54,504 bases of DNA. It comes from Paraglomus brasilianum. Its lineage: Eukaryota. The DNA lies in the NCBI GenBank assembly GCA_910592345.1, contig CAJVPI010000098.1, positions 1 through 54,504 of the forward strand, in the 5' to 3' direction. Of this stretch, positions 35,816 through 48,569 are shown one piece after another. Both the position numbers and the translations under genes were made by a program. Under the pieces are notes generated by a model. That model was given only the letters and a program-made list of their open reading frames with translations, was not told where the DNA came from and searched no databases. How positions within the stretch are numbered: the stretch's first letter is position 1; each line of letters starts with the position of its first letter.

Positions 35816-37568
35816 TTCAGACGATAAGTCCACAATTGAAGACAGTCCAAGCTTACCCAAAAATAAAATAAAAATAAAAATGAATAAAAAAAAAAAAAGA
35901 GAAAATAAATTTGCTTTATAAAAAAATCACATAACAACATACCTAATGACACTTGCTGTAAAAGCATCAAGTCTCTTATTCTCGCAATCATTGAGGTCTT
36001 TTGTAAGAGGACATTTTTGACGAGTTCTCCGCTTGACAATCTCCATTCTGAGTTACTGGGTTGAACTGCTTCGTCAAATGTTAAAAAAGTAATTATGTGA
36101 AAGAAAAGACGCTATTGTCTTTATTATAAAAGGCCTTCACCAACAAAGAACAATTCTCGAGAAAACGATCGAAGCGCTTAAAAAAGGGATAGATAAAAAG
36201 GAAGGAGGAGTGAAGGAGAATATGTTGATAATATTATCAATGATATGTAGCATAGATTTCACTAAAGTATAGGGATACTCATCAATGGCTTTGGGTCCGA
36301 ATTTCTCCCATGCAATCGCTCCAGTGAACATGCAAATGTACTGTACGTTGTTTGTAAAAAGTAATAAAAAAGACATCACAAAATTAATAAAAACAAAACT
36401 CGCAAGTTGTCCCAATTTAATGAAAACACAGTCTCCCATTCATAATATCATGCTGTCATATAGACTACAAATCACAAGAATAACGTTCGTTGATGGAGAT
36501 TGTTGTATACCGATTATTCCGATTAATAGGATACTCTGAAAATCAAGTCTTAATATTTAATAATACACCATTCTTAGTTAACGATTAAATAACGTATTGA
36601 TTAGGTAAGAAGAAACACAGATTATTAATGAGAATCGATAATCCCTATTCCATCTAATAGTAATAGGAAGACGAGACTTTAAAGCCGATTTATTGTAACC
36701 TAGTGGTCCTCTAATTCTTGGATTTCCAGTCTTTATCTTAAACTTCTTCTTCTTGTCACTATAATCACTCATTCCCTAATTATAATATATAATATAAATT
36801 TTTATCTGTCTCTACTGATTTTATTTTCTAGTTGATAAAGCTTAGATAGCTCTACTTTCAATCGTTTACTAGCTGTCTAAAAACAGCTTTAGCAGTTTTC
36901 CGTAGTTAGCAATGAAGATCAAAAAATATTATTTCATTCCTTCAACAATTACCTGAAATGCTCTTGACGCCATTAAACCGTGGACTTACGTTAGGAGCTA
37001 TGCGCACACCTGTGAGTCTAGATGCTTCTCTTTTTCTTCTTACCACCTGTTAGGAATATGTTTGAGCGGTTATGTGAATTTTAATAGTACCTAATATTGT
37101 ATTAGTTGACCGTTCTACTCACCAGCTGTGGCGTTTCGCGTTCTTTATTAGGCGCACTGATGTTGTACTGTGACGATTTGTATCAATAATAGTAATGGTT
37201 TTCAACAATAAGATTACCTGGCCCATATTAATAGGATCCAGAAGAGAAACCAAGCAGACTGGTCAATCAGATGAAAGTTTATTACGGAGAACGAAAATAG
37301 CAAGCTTAATATTAATCGAATGTGAGTGACTTTTAAACATTTTTGAAACTTCGAAATTCATTTGTTGCATATTATTGTTTCATAAATCTTTGGTTCTTAA
37401 TCAATGAATATCATCATAAAACCAGCGTTTGCACGATCTCGTTGTGGAAAAAGTATTAATAGCTTGACCAACTTCTTCACCAAAGCAATACATCAGCCGG
37501 TCTGACAATATTCAGTTCACATGCTATAGTAATTACACGTCTAAACACTATTATTATACAGTGCAGAC

Positions 37569-38858
37569 ATGCGTTTCATAAAGAATTCAAAAGAATTTTT
37601 TATTCGTTTATCACCAAAACAACGATGGTTATTGGCGTTGGGGACACTGCTAGCTATTGCGCTGGTTGTGTTGTTCTTTGTATTTGAAGAACCGATCATG
37701 AAAGGTAGGAAAAAGCTCGGTTCGTTTCCGAGTAGATAATAAACTACTCGTATACGTGAAAAAGAATATTTCATAATTATCTGTCGTAGTGATGTTTATA
37801 AAATCGTATTTTACTCTCTGCAACAGCGCTTGCACCACTTGCAGAAACTGTTCGGTCATCACGATATGGGTACTTTATAATGGGTGGATTGATTGCTCTC
37901 TCGAGTTTTCCTCCGCTTCCGGGGTATGTGTTCGTTCATTGTAAACTTGATCAATAAATCTATTTTTCATCCTCCGAGTACCTCTATTAATCTCTGTACT
38001 TTCCTATTATTACTACAGCTACAGTGCGTTAATTCTAGTCTGCGGTTTTATCTACGGCTTCCCACTAGGCTTCGTCCCAGCATTTGCAGGAGCGGTCATT
38101 GGAGCGATTGGTTCTTTTTGGTAAAGGACGCGCGATTTAATTTGAATCAGAATACTAAACATTGGCAATCTGTCTAATAGTTTATATTGTTACAGGCTGT
38201 TTAGAAAGGCGTTAACAGGATATGTAAAACGATTACTCGCTAAGCAGGGGAAATTTGCTGCTTTATCCTTGGCTGTTGAAGAGGGTGGATTTAAAGTTAG
38301 TATTGATTATCGTTCGACTAAATAACCAAGTGATGCTATTATGCAAAGCATTATAATTATCACTAACGCGCTTAATTTTTTGCATATATTCGCATTTGCG
38401 TGGGCCCTTGTTTCTCTTAAAAGATAATCTTTTTAATCCGTCTAAGTCCCTTTCCCTACACCTACTCCAATGCATTCTTCGCCTCCTTGCACACGGTTTC
38501 TTTCCCAACTTTCCTCCTCGCGACTGTTCTTTCCCTTCCTAAACTACTCGTTCATATCTTCATTGGTTCTCGACTCGGCGATCTATCTTCTAGCAGCATG
38601 GACAAGACATCGAGATTGATCAATTATCTCACCATCTTCATCGGTGGCCTCCTGTTTATCATAGCCACGTGGTATGTGTACAAGAAGACTAACAAAATAG
38701 CCAAAGCAGCTGCGAAAAGACGCAGCAGAACGATCAATGAAGGTCTGGGAAACGATAGTGAAGTGTTTTTGCAAGATGAAGAAGTGAAGATTGAGATGGG
38801 TGTTGCTGGACGCGCTAACGAGGACAGTGAAAGTTCTGGAACTGAGGACGAGAGGTGA
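37569..38858 (+). CDS. TVP38: Golgi membrane protein Tvp38/TMEM64 (SNARE-associated, DedA/VTT domain); 5 exons: 37569-37704, 37827-37923, 38019-38120, 38196-38295, 38424-38858
   Basis: Four GT-AG introns keep frame. Motifs SFPPLPGYSALILVCGFIYGFPLGF, LIRLSPFPYTYSNAFFAS and PKLLVHIFIGSRL. Confidence 0.92.
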
Positions 38859-39119
38859 CAGAGTTTTACTCAAGAGCACAGTCATAGTTTGTAGAGATGA
38901 ATGCTTTATTGAAATCTTGGAAGATGGACAGGCAACCTGCATATGGATATCCCAACAAGTCATTCGTAGTGAACTCATTAAATGTACATAGATTCGTTTA
39001 TATATTTGCAAAGAAATCTTAAATAACATTCTTCTGTATAAATACGATAGGATGGCCATATTTATTAAAACTGAAATTCCTATAATTCAAGACTTAATGT
39101 TGCCATCATAACTTACACC

Positions 39120-41392
39120 TCAAGACTCAAGAATTCTGCAAAGTTTTCTTGCGAATGCCACGGTTTCTCTAATGCTATGTTCAAGCGAGTCTTTATCATA
39201 AACCTGACGTATTTCGCCGTTCGTTTGATACATTTTCCATGAAAGATGTTTCAGATTAATTGTTTGCTCTTCCACAGGTGCCGCAAATTTGGTTCGAGAT
39301 GCTCGTACTTCTTTTCGTGTGGTGATTACACTTAACTGAAATCTGTTATTTCTGTAATTTGTTCGTTATTATTTTATATTAGTAACACATTATTTGTCAA
39401 ACTCATAGGACTTCCTTACACGACAATAATATATTAACTTACACAAACTTCCGCTTCGTCATCGATTGCCTGATTGAGTCAACATCAAGCTGCTTTCTCA
39501 AATGCTTCGATTGGAAGTAAGTTCCATCAAACAGTTCTAGTGGTGATGTCTGTAAGTCACTGATAAGCTTGACCATTTCTGCATTAATACCTTCGTCTTT
39601 ATGTGTTTTGAGCAGGAAACGTATATCGGGCGCAGATGTCCCAGAGACAATATCAACAATTGCAACCCGACGAATTTGTGTAGTTGCCTTAGTTATTTTG
39701 TAGACGCCTAAGTGTTGAGACAAAGGTTTGGTCAGTAAAAAAATGCATTATTCTTGTGGTAAATGCACATACAAGGTAGGAATAAAAACTTACCCTCTTC
39801 GTAATCCCAGTGAAGTTTAAGTTTCTTTCTGACTTTATCGTCACCATCATAAGTTATACAAACACTCCCTTTTCTCCCATCGATATCATTGTCGATGCTC
39901 TGATTACCTTCCTCCTCTTCGTTCTTCTCGCCGATTGTTATGAGATCGCTGGTACCGGTCTTCACATCCTTATTCATACTACTTCGTTTGCTTTGGGTAA
40001 CTTCCTCAAATCCGAACTTCTGCAAAATCTTCCAAATTCTCTTTATCATATCCGGTGCATAATGCTGAAAACTACTCTGAAAGCCATGCCTCTCTCTATT
40101 CAGGTCACACCAATCTTCTATAGTTCTCAGGCGTGAATGAGCGATTGTCGAAAATGTCTGGCGACCAAAGAAAATGGTTAGACGTGCCTCGTGTTGGAGC
40201 GATATATTGGGGTTGACTTTGAAGAGATGAGAAGACACGGCAGAGATCACTTCCGGAATATAGTGCATGATCGTGAACGTCCGAGCGTCTTGTGGGGGCC
40301 CCGGAAGACGCATAGGAGTCGGAGCAGGTGTGGGAGCAGGTGTGGGAGTGGGAGTGGGAGTGAGAGCGGCGGAAGGGGGAGTGGAGATAGAATTGGAAGT
40401 GGAAGGGGGAGTGGAGGTAGAATTGGAAGTGGAAGTGGAAGAAGCTAAGGAATCAAGGGAGATGGAGAGAGACGACAGACGATCGGTTAAAGCTCTTAGA
40501 GAATCTTGAAGAGAAGAGGAAATGGTATGAGCAGAAGGTGGGGGAGAGGAAGTAACAGAAGTAACAGATGATGAATGAGAATGAGAAGAGGAGAAAAGAC
40601 GTTGAGATGAGCGAGAGGATGAAGTTGAAGGGCTAGAAGGTGATAAGGGTTGAGAAGGTGATAAAGGTTGAGAAGGTGACTGGATTGGGGAACTTGGACT
40701 TAAGAAGGAAAGGTTGATATCACTATCCCAACTGTCTCCAAGCCGGCTAAAAATGTCATTTTCTTTTTCTTCCTTATCACAACATCTTACACAGTATAAT
40801 CGTTTCCCACGAGTATGAGTATTAAAATCGACATCGTCATATGAAATGAACTTGAGTTTTGGTAACGTCTCAGATTCTGGTAATTCAAGAACAGTATACC
40901 CAATGTGTGGATGTATAGTCGGCTCTATGCGCACTTTCCGATTGATTAGACGCATGGCTTCTTTTCTTGCTTCCTCGCTACCACGGATGATGGCTTTATG
41001 GCCATCAATGTATATATGTGCTTTCGATTGTTCTCTTTAATAGGATAAAAGTGTAGAATTAGAATCAACATTAATCGTATTGCGGGAGGCAGTGGCGTTA
41101 ACAGAAAACATTCTCAATATTATCGTATTATTTTTGCATTTGATTTAATATAATAATATTTATCACCAACGTATGCAATATTATCATTCTACAACTGTTT
41201 ATGATTTACAGAATTGGTTTATTACCTAATCTCAGCAATTGTCTTCCCCTTAGCTCCGATAACTAAACCTATTCGAGCCGGGGGCAACTCCATCACGTCT
41301 GTCTCGGTCATGTTTAGAAATCTCGATGAACTAGGGGAATTGTCCCTACTCGAACCGGAATAACGATTATATCGCCTAGAGCTATTCTGCAT
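39120..41392 (-). CDS. KH-domain protein with Ser/Pro/Thr-rich linker and uncharacterised C-terminal domain; 4 exons: 41392-41226, 41034-39794, 39707-39443, 39351-39120
   Basis: ELPPARIGLVIGAKGKTIAEIR/EQSKAHIYIDGHKAIIRGSEEARKEA is a type-I KH with GxxG. Three GT-AG introns keep frame to the TGA at 39122-39120. Confidence 0.85.
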
Positions 41393-42318
41393 TGCTGTTC
41401 GTCCAAGGATTATGGGAAGATTTGTTGCGGAAGGGCCTATATATATATTAATATATACGATTGATTATCTTTTCCATATTCTCTGGACAATGATGAGCTA
41501 CGTAGGTACAACCATCGGAAAGCATTTTCCCGAAAACTGCGGATGCATCATGACGTTATTTGTCTCAACTGTCAACTGCGCAACTAAGTATGTTGCTGGT
41601 TTTGATGTCTATCAACCAGATTAAGATACGGCAATATACTTTATTAGTACATATTTATATGGGCGTACTGTAATAAACCAACCATTAATGTTAAGTATGT
41701 TAACTTTCTTTCTGTTTGCTGGCTCTCCCTTTACTTTGCATCTAGTATATGATATTCATGATAATAAAGTATATACGGTTAGATTGCATTTTTGATGTGA
41801 CTAGAATATTAACCAATATGAATAATGGTCAATCTTATATTTCAGTGGGTTTAATTTTTTAGTTATAACTCATTTTGATGGCTTTATTATAATTAGTTTA
41901 TTTAGTATCACTATTCTAAAATTAAATGTCGATCTCCTAAAAAAAAAAAGTCGATCATGGGATCTGCATGACTGTGGAGGAAGAATTTACCATGTGACTT
42001 ACTTAAGGCATTATAGTTTTTGACTTGTTGGTATTGACTATTTTGATACATAATGATAATTTGATTTTGTAGACACAATTTTATTACAAAGTCAGAATTA
42101 AATGACAGTAGTTCAGTCAGAATATTGACTTACTATTACAAGATCATACAAGGATACGTGTACACAAAATTTATTATTTGTTTTGATGTTGGGAATTTTT
42201 TTCTTTGACAACAATAAGACAACAACAATTGTAATGATAAGAAAGCTTATCCAGACTGTTAAGCTCCATCATTCTGCGGTTATAGATTGTGAGCAAAACA
42301 TTTAATTAACGAGCCGTG

Positions 42319-42480
42319 TGTTACGGTCGGGAATTAAATGGGGGTGGGAGAGCGATTTATCTTTCGCGTAGTTGTGTTCGCTGACCGGGGATGTTACCAG
42401 GCTTAGCTCGTATTATCGCCCTTACTACGATAGTTGTGCAATTAAGACTGAATTAAGCCTACAAGTGACTTATTAATTAT
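42319..42480 (+). repeat. Dispersed LTR-like element with conserved core, copy E
   Basis: Starts TGTTACGGTCGGG, then GGGAGAGCGA...TGACCGGGGAT...AGGCTTA/TAAGCCT stem...AAGTGAC; homologous to 540-650 (-). Confidence 0.55.
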
Positions 42481-42484
42481 GACT

Positions 42485-45457
42485 CCCTATCCGAGTTTCA
42501 AACACTCGTCAATACAAATAAGGGTACCTCCAATAGAATAATAACAACAATTATTCTATTAAAGAATCGAAGGGGAATAATACTGTTTAAAATAAACAGG
42601 GCTATCTTCGATTTGTTTGTCGACCAGTCCAGTCGGTATTTTAATCTGTCACTTGTCTTTACTAAACTAATCGTCTCGATAATTAATTATGAACTCTTGT
42701 CCCGTTATTCACGTGATTGATCAGCGTACAGCTTACTAGCTTGATCAAATCAATGCTATTCTGTTACAGCTTAAGTGAACCGTTTATTTGGAGTGTCCGG
42801 TCTAATAATTCGATAGACGAATAAATTATGTATATTGATGATTAAGGAGAATACTGCTAAGATCAGTAGTATTATTTATTTTCATAACATTATTCACAAC
42901 ATTTGAATATACAACATGAAGATTTGACGATATCTTTTGCGTCGCAAGAAAAACGACATGTTTCTATATATTATTATATAACTATGAAGAACAATTAATT
43001 TTAGCGTTTGTGCTGTCACTTATTTTGCAACATTTTTGCTATGTCCTAATTTGGATACGGTGTTGTCACAAAATTACCGACATGTTATACTACTAATTTA
43101 ATATCTTATCATGTGACTTATTTATCTGATTCATCAGATCAGCTCGCCGTAACACATGCCTGTTTAAAATTATATGCTTTTTTATCTTGTGATCAGATTC
43201 TCGCTAAACTTATATAATAAATCAAAAAATAAATAAATATATAAACTGGTAGAAAATACATCAGTAAATATTTTGTACAAACACTTGGTGAGTACGATTT
43301 TTTCAATGCTCATTGGTCCAAATTTGTTCAAAAACTTTGATTGGTTCATTACATATAAGGATTCAATCTAGAGTAATTCCCGTCACTCCAGTCTTAATTT
43401 CATGACCAGAGTTGGGACATTGAAAATGTTACACTTGACATCATAAAAGTTGAAATTGTTGAAATATGCATCTGCAAGTTATTATACCAACTAATGTCTT
43501 ACATTCATCCAAGAACGGATTTATGTGATACATGCCAACATTTTCAGAATGGCTTACAGTACAATGCTTGCAAGAAAGAAGCAGAAGATTTATTAAAATA
43601 ATACAAAGAACATCTAGCTAATATTAAAGCTAAATTAAAAAGAAATTATTACAACAAAAATACAAAACAAGCAGAAAATTGGTAGATGAACATTTCATGA
43701 CAAGAGATAAAGTTGACTGTTGTACCATTGATGCTGAGCACAAAATGTTCACGTTCTACATTCTTATCAATAGTTAAGTATCTCAGTGCATTCATTTGGT
43801 ATTCAAAATGAGGCAGTATGCAAACAGATTAATTACATTCTTTATGAAGACAAAATTATAGGAAAAGGTCCCAATAGTAATAGTACACTGAGTATGGTAT
43901 TTGATGGAATTAAGAAATTGAATAAAGGTGAAAAGTATTTAAAGCTTACTTACAATAATAATAATGAGGAGGCAGAATAAAAATAATGCCACCATTTGAT
44001 TTTACTATTATCTATATTTATAATTTTGTGCTATTTATATTATGAAAGTATTGAATTAAATTTATGATACTAATACCTGGACATACTAAATTCAAGTGTG
44101 ATGTAGTTTTAGTTTTGGATTGATTAAAAGACTATAGAAAAACAACAGTAATATGTTCATCATCACCTACAAAAGTGACACTGAGGTTTCTGTAGATAGA
44201 GTTTTCTGTTTCTTGGTCAAGAGAATTTCCAGTGTAGAAGTCCCTTGATGCTGATGTTGCCAGTGGTTCTGATTGTGAGTATGTCATTGAGAGGCTGTAG
44301 TTGAGCATAGATCTTGTTGCAGTTATGTATTAATATACAGTTGCATATGCCATAATGAGGGGGGGTGGAACTGTTTGGTTCCATTGTTTGTTGTAATGGA
44401 TGTTGAGGAATGAAGCAATTGGTGGTTTGTTTGGTTGATATTACAGATTCAGGGGCTTTGGTTTCAGTCTTGCAGATCTGTCTCAGCCATATTCCTTTTC
44501 AGAGGGCATACTAACTTCCCTATTTGAAACATGGGCATCATATGAGAGTTTAAACTCAGTGTTTGCAAAAGAAAAGGGAGACAGTTTTTTAGGAACAGGT
44601 TCTTTGTTATTATCAGTGGATTAAGAAGCATTAGCTGGGGCCTTCTGCTTGTTTTTGGTTGACATACTTTATGGTTTACTGATACCTAAAAGGCTCTCTT
44701 TAGTGGAGGTTATTAGCTTTTACTGCAGAAGATTTTGGTTATGGAGTGAAAGGGGAAAGAGAATCATGGAATTGTATCTAAACTGAATGATCTCCAATTT
44801 TAATCCTTTACCTTTTCCATACATAATAATAACAGTATGATTATGATGTCACCAATCTTGCACTTTTTTTCTAAGCTATCTGATGATCAGATAAGTAAGT
44901 CACATGGTAAAATCAAACGTTTCGAAAAATCAGTGATAGTACAAAAACGCTATAAATTGGCATAATTAATTGTTCTTCTACAGTTAGACAAAAGAGCATT
45001 TCGTTTTTCTAGTGACGCTAAAAGATATATAAGTGGCTCAATTTCCATTGTCAAAAGATCATGTTGTCCATGTTGTGAAAACATCGAAGTTTGAATATTG
45101 TTGTGAAATAAAATAATACTACTGATCTTAGTAGTATTCTCCCGAAATACTTTATTATGAATGTACATTTAATTTCTATCGTCGAAATAATTGATTATTA
45201 GGCCGGACACTCCAATAACGGCTCACTTAAGCTGTAACGGAATAGCATTGATTTGATCAAGCGTCCGCTGATCAATTACGTGAATAAGTTCATAATTAAT
45301 TATCGAGACGATTATTGTGTGACGGATACCGACTAGTCGACAAACAAAGCCTGTTTAAATTTAAAATAGTATTATTCCCCTTCGATTCTTTAATAAATAA
45401 TTGTTGTTATTATTCTATTGGAGGTACCCTTACACGAGTGTTTGAAACTCGGATAGG
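42485..45457 (+). mobile_element. Sola-like DNA transposon relic with ~600-bp terminal inverted repeats
   Basis: 42485-~43145 aligns with the reverse complement of ~44872-45457 (ends CCTATCCGAGTTTCAAACACTCG). The interior encodes HSFGIQNE...GKGPNS...IELN...PGHTKFKCD...FGLIK with stops. Confidence 0.8.
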
Positions 45458-45531
45458 CATTTATTTCATCGACAATCATTTCACCAGCAAGTCATCAACA
45501 TATCGAACCTCCGAGGGTTCCCGTTCTAATT

Positions 45532-46501
45532 ATGAATAAAAGATCTTCCTTCTTCGGCATCTAGATTTGCGGAAGAAGACATAGAGGCACTGAACGCAGA
45601 CTTCACATCAGCTTTTAGGGAGGACGAAGTCATACCTGATGTCACAAGTAAGAATTAAGCTGTGTTAGCAACGCTCTTAGCAAGCTTATTCTTATTATTT
45701 AAACTTGTCTAGTCACCAGCTTTCCGAGTGCATACGTTGATTATGATGTTCTCCTGACACATAACTTCCACGTTAACAATATTGGTGGAATTTCGGATGG
45801 ACATGTCAAAACGTTCATAGACAATTTGCATGAACAAGTGATGAACACAGAAGAATCCATGACAGATTCATTAGCAATGTAAATGTTGATAAGAGTTGTT
45901 ATGGCCACTTGTGGTTAATATTAAGTGAGTAATATGAACAATGTGTTCATATGCTATGTACTCTAATGGTAATTTAAGCTAAATTTGGTGTCAAAGAACA
46001 CTACACGCTGTTAGTATTAGTTGGTGGTAGGAAGGTTTCAGCCAAACCTGAATTTGTTATGAAAAGAACGGTGCTGCTATGATAATCATAGAGGTCCATA
46101 CATTTGATTCTTTGACAAATCCATGTTTTTGATACTCAAGTCTTTTTCTTAACTGGATAAGCATTTGAAAAATGAGGGATTTTGGGGAAGCTCAAATTCT
46201 TGCTGAGATACTTGCTTGTGGGGTCAAGAATATACTAATACACCAATCACTGATTATGATCAGACTATATTTGCTGTCCATGTCATCTCCTTGTACGTTA
46301 CATTTTACAAGGCTGAGATTCCAGCTGCATATTGGAAAGAGCTTGTGAGGGGCTTGCCACAAAAAGCAATCAATTACTATTTTAAAATAGCCTGGAGGTG
46401 ATAATCCAGAATCTGGTCTAGATCTGGCAGAACCAGCTGGAAGACATTTAGTCTTAGAAGCATTAGTCAAACTTCATGAATCACTTTTGCAGGAAGAATA
46501 G
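45532..46501 (+). pseudogene. Decayed gene of an expanded family, possible PD-(D/E)xK nuclease-like domain
   Basis: Fragments SAKPEFV...IIIE/DKHLKN, GFGEAQILAEILAC, DQTIFAVHVISLYVTFYKAEIP and GLDLAEPAGRHLVLEAL...EE* across frameshifts, with apparent introns. Confidence 0.55.
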
Positions 46502-48298
46502 TTGTCATAATGGGTTATCTGTTATAGTTCATTATCTGAATGGTTATCTCCATTTTATTTCATGCTACTTGCTATTTGCATGTGATGGTGTGCATAGTCA
46601 TCTGTTAGTCAGTTTTGCTGTTGGCCTCTCACTCTTTACAGAAGTTTAGTGATACAAAGTCATTTACACTTCATTGTATTAAACTTATAAAGAAATCAAA
46701 CCCTGAATGGATTATGAAAAGATCCTGTGCACAAATAAGGAATACTGCTTAATCAACAATCCCTAAAAATGATTTCGATCCAGAGCAATAATCAATAATA
46801 ATTATATTGTATAGATTAATCTACTACTACATGACATTCATCAAGGTTCCAGCCTCAGCTAAGGCCATAAGTACATTATATTTTGGTACTCTGAAGGCAG
46901 TGAATCTAAAAAAATATGTCTTGCAGAGTGAGGAGGCTTTGCCTCTGAATAATCTAGTTTTTTCCAAGTGCTAGCTAGAGTCAAATTATCAGTGTCATTG
47001 ACAATAATATAGTCAGTGACAGTTGAGAGTGTTCCGAGCTGGAACAGTATCATGTGAAAGGACAGTGAAATCATATTACACATCCTCACTTGTGAGACTT
47101 ACAAAAGGGAAATTTTTTATAATATATACACTGTGTAACGAAAAAAACAGCAGTTACGAAATCAAAATTGCTTTTGAAATAAATGATGAAACACATTGTC
47201 TACTATGGTCCACATATTTTTATCAGCTTGTTTATGTCTCATTGAAGATATTTACCAAAGAAAAGGCTTTGTTGACTTCTGCTTTAATTTTGAGAACTTT
47301 ATAAACCATGTTACACACTGCATAAAGGTTGAAATTCACAACATTTTACTTTACTTTCAGATTATACCCCAACAATGCTTATTCGGCAAATAAAATTACA
47401 TTCAAAAATGAGTGTTTATCTTTGTTCCATTGTAAACAATCTCAAAAACCAAAAGATACAATCATTTTAGAGCATGACAGGAAAACTTTTGTCTGATCAA
47501 AAGTTTTATATGTAACATACCAAAGAATAAACCGTGGGAGAAACAAATATTATCTTGTAATAAACCGACTGTTTTATGTAAACATATTACAAATTCAACT
47601 TTGTATCTGCATTATTAGTTGGGAATAGGAGGATATTTCTCAGAAAATTTCGGAAAAATAGACAATGAATTTTTGTGTACAACGAAAAACTGATACAAAC
47701 AAGTATAACGGGAAATGATAATAAGATTATGTATTAAAAAAATTTTATATCAAGTAAGTGCCTAACAAGACTGGTTGCTTTTAATTACTCCTTGGAATTG
47801 TTAAAATGTGCAATTTCTTGTCACCGCCATTATTTTCGTTACACAGTGTATATCATATCGATATCACCACTATCATAGAATCGCATGGTTTATTGTTCAT
47901 ATTTACGGAAACAATCATGATAATAATGTGTTACAACTAGGCAATATAATGGCAATACAAGTGGCTCTCGATATAAGAACCATTCAATATAAGAAAGATT
48001 TTTACTACGAAAATTTCTCTTTATATAAGAAAGTTTTCGATGGAGAGTAACACCAAATTTTTTCTATTTTAGAATGTTGTGAAACCTCTGCATAACGACA
48101 TAAACGCGCATCATCCGTCAATGCAAATTTCTGCATTTTCTGTAATGGATGATTGCAATAAGATAACACTATTTTATTGCCTAATCTGGCACCGATTGTT
48201 AATTTAGATAATACAGTAGATCTTACAGAGGAATGAATTGATGATGCTTTTGAAATCAATGAAAGCATGCCTAGTGAGAGTGAAGCAGTACTCAATAG

Positions 48299-48567
48299 TA
48301 GAGATGGGAACCGGTTGGCCGTTTAGTTTTAAACTCGGTTTTAAATTGGTTTAATTTTAAAATTCGGTTTTACTTTTTTGAGAAACGATATTCGGGTTGG
48401 AAATTTAAATCGAATGTCTCTCACAAATCCGGTTGTTGAAAATTCGATTTAAACCGGGCCTAAAAATAAAACTTGGTTTAATCGAGTTAACCGGTTTTCG
48501 TCCCAACCGAATGTTCGATTTAAACAGGGCCTAAAAATAAACTCGGTTATTCGAGTTGAACCGGCAA
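48299..48567 (+). mobile_element. hAT-like left end with AACCGG/CGGTT subterminal repeats
   Basis: TAGAGATGGGAACCGG start, many AACCG/CGGTT motifs, and an internal ~50-bp duplication (48443-48495, 48514-48564). No matching right end seen. Confidence 0.55.
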
Positions 48568-48569
48568 CT

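Noticed and set aside
40191..40509. Gly/Ser-rich and Val/Gly-rich plus-strand ORFs
   Set aside because: Antisense to the low-complexity linker of the KH gene.
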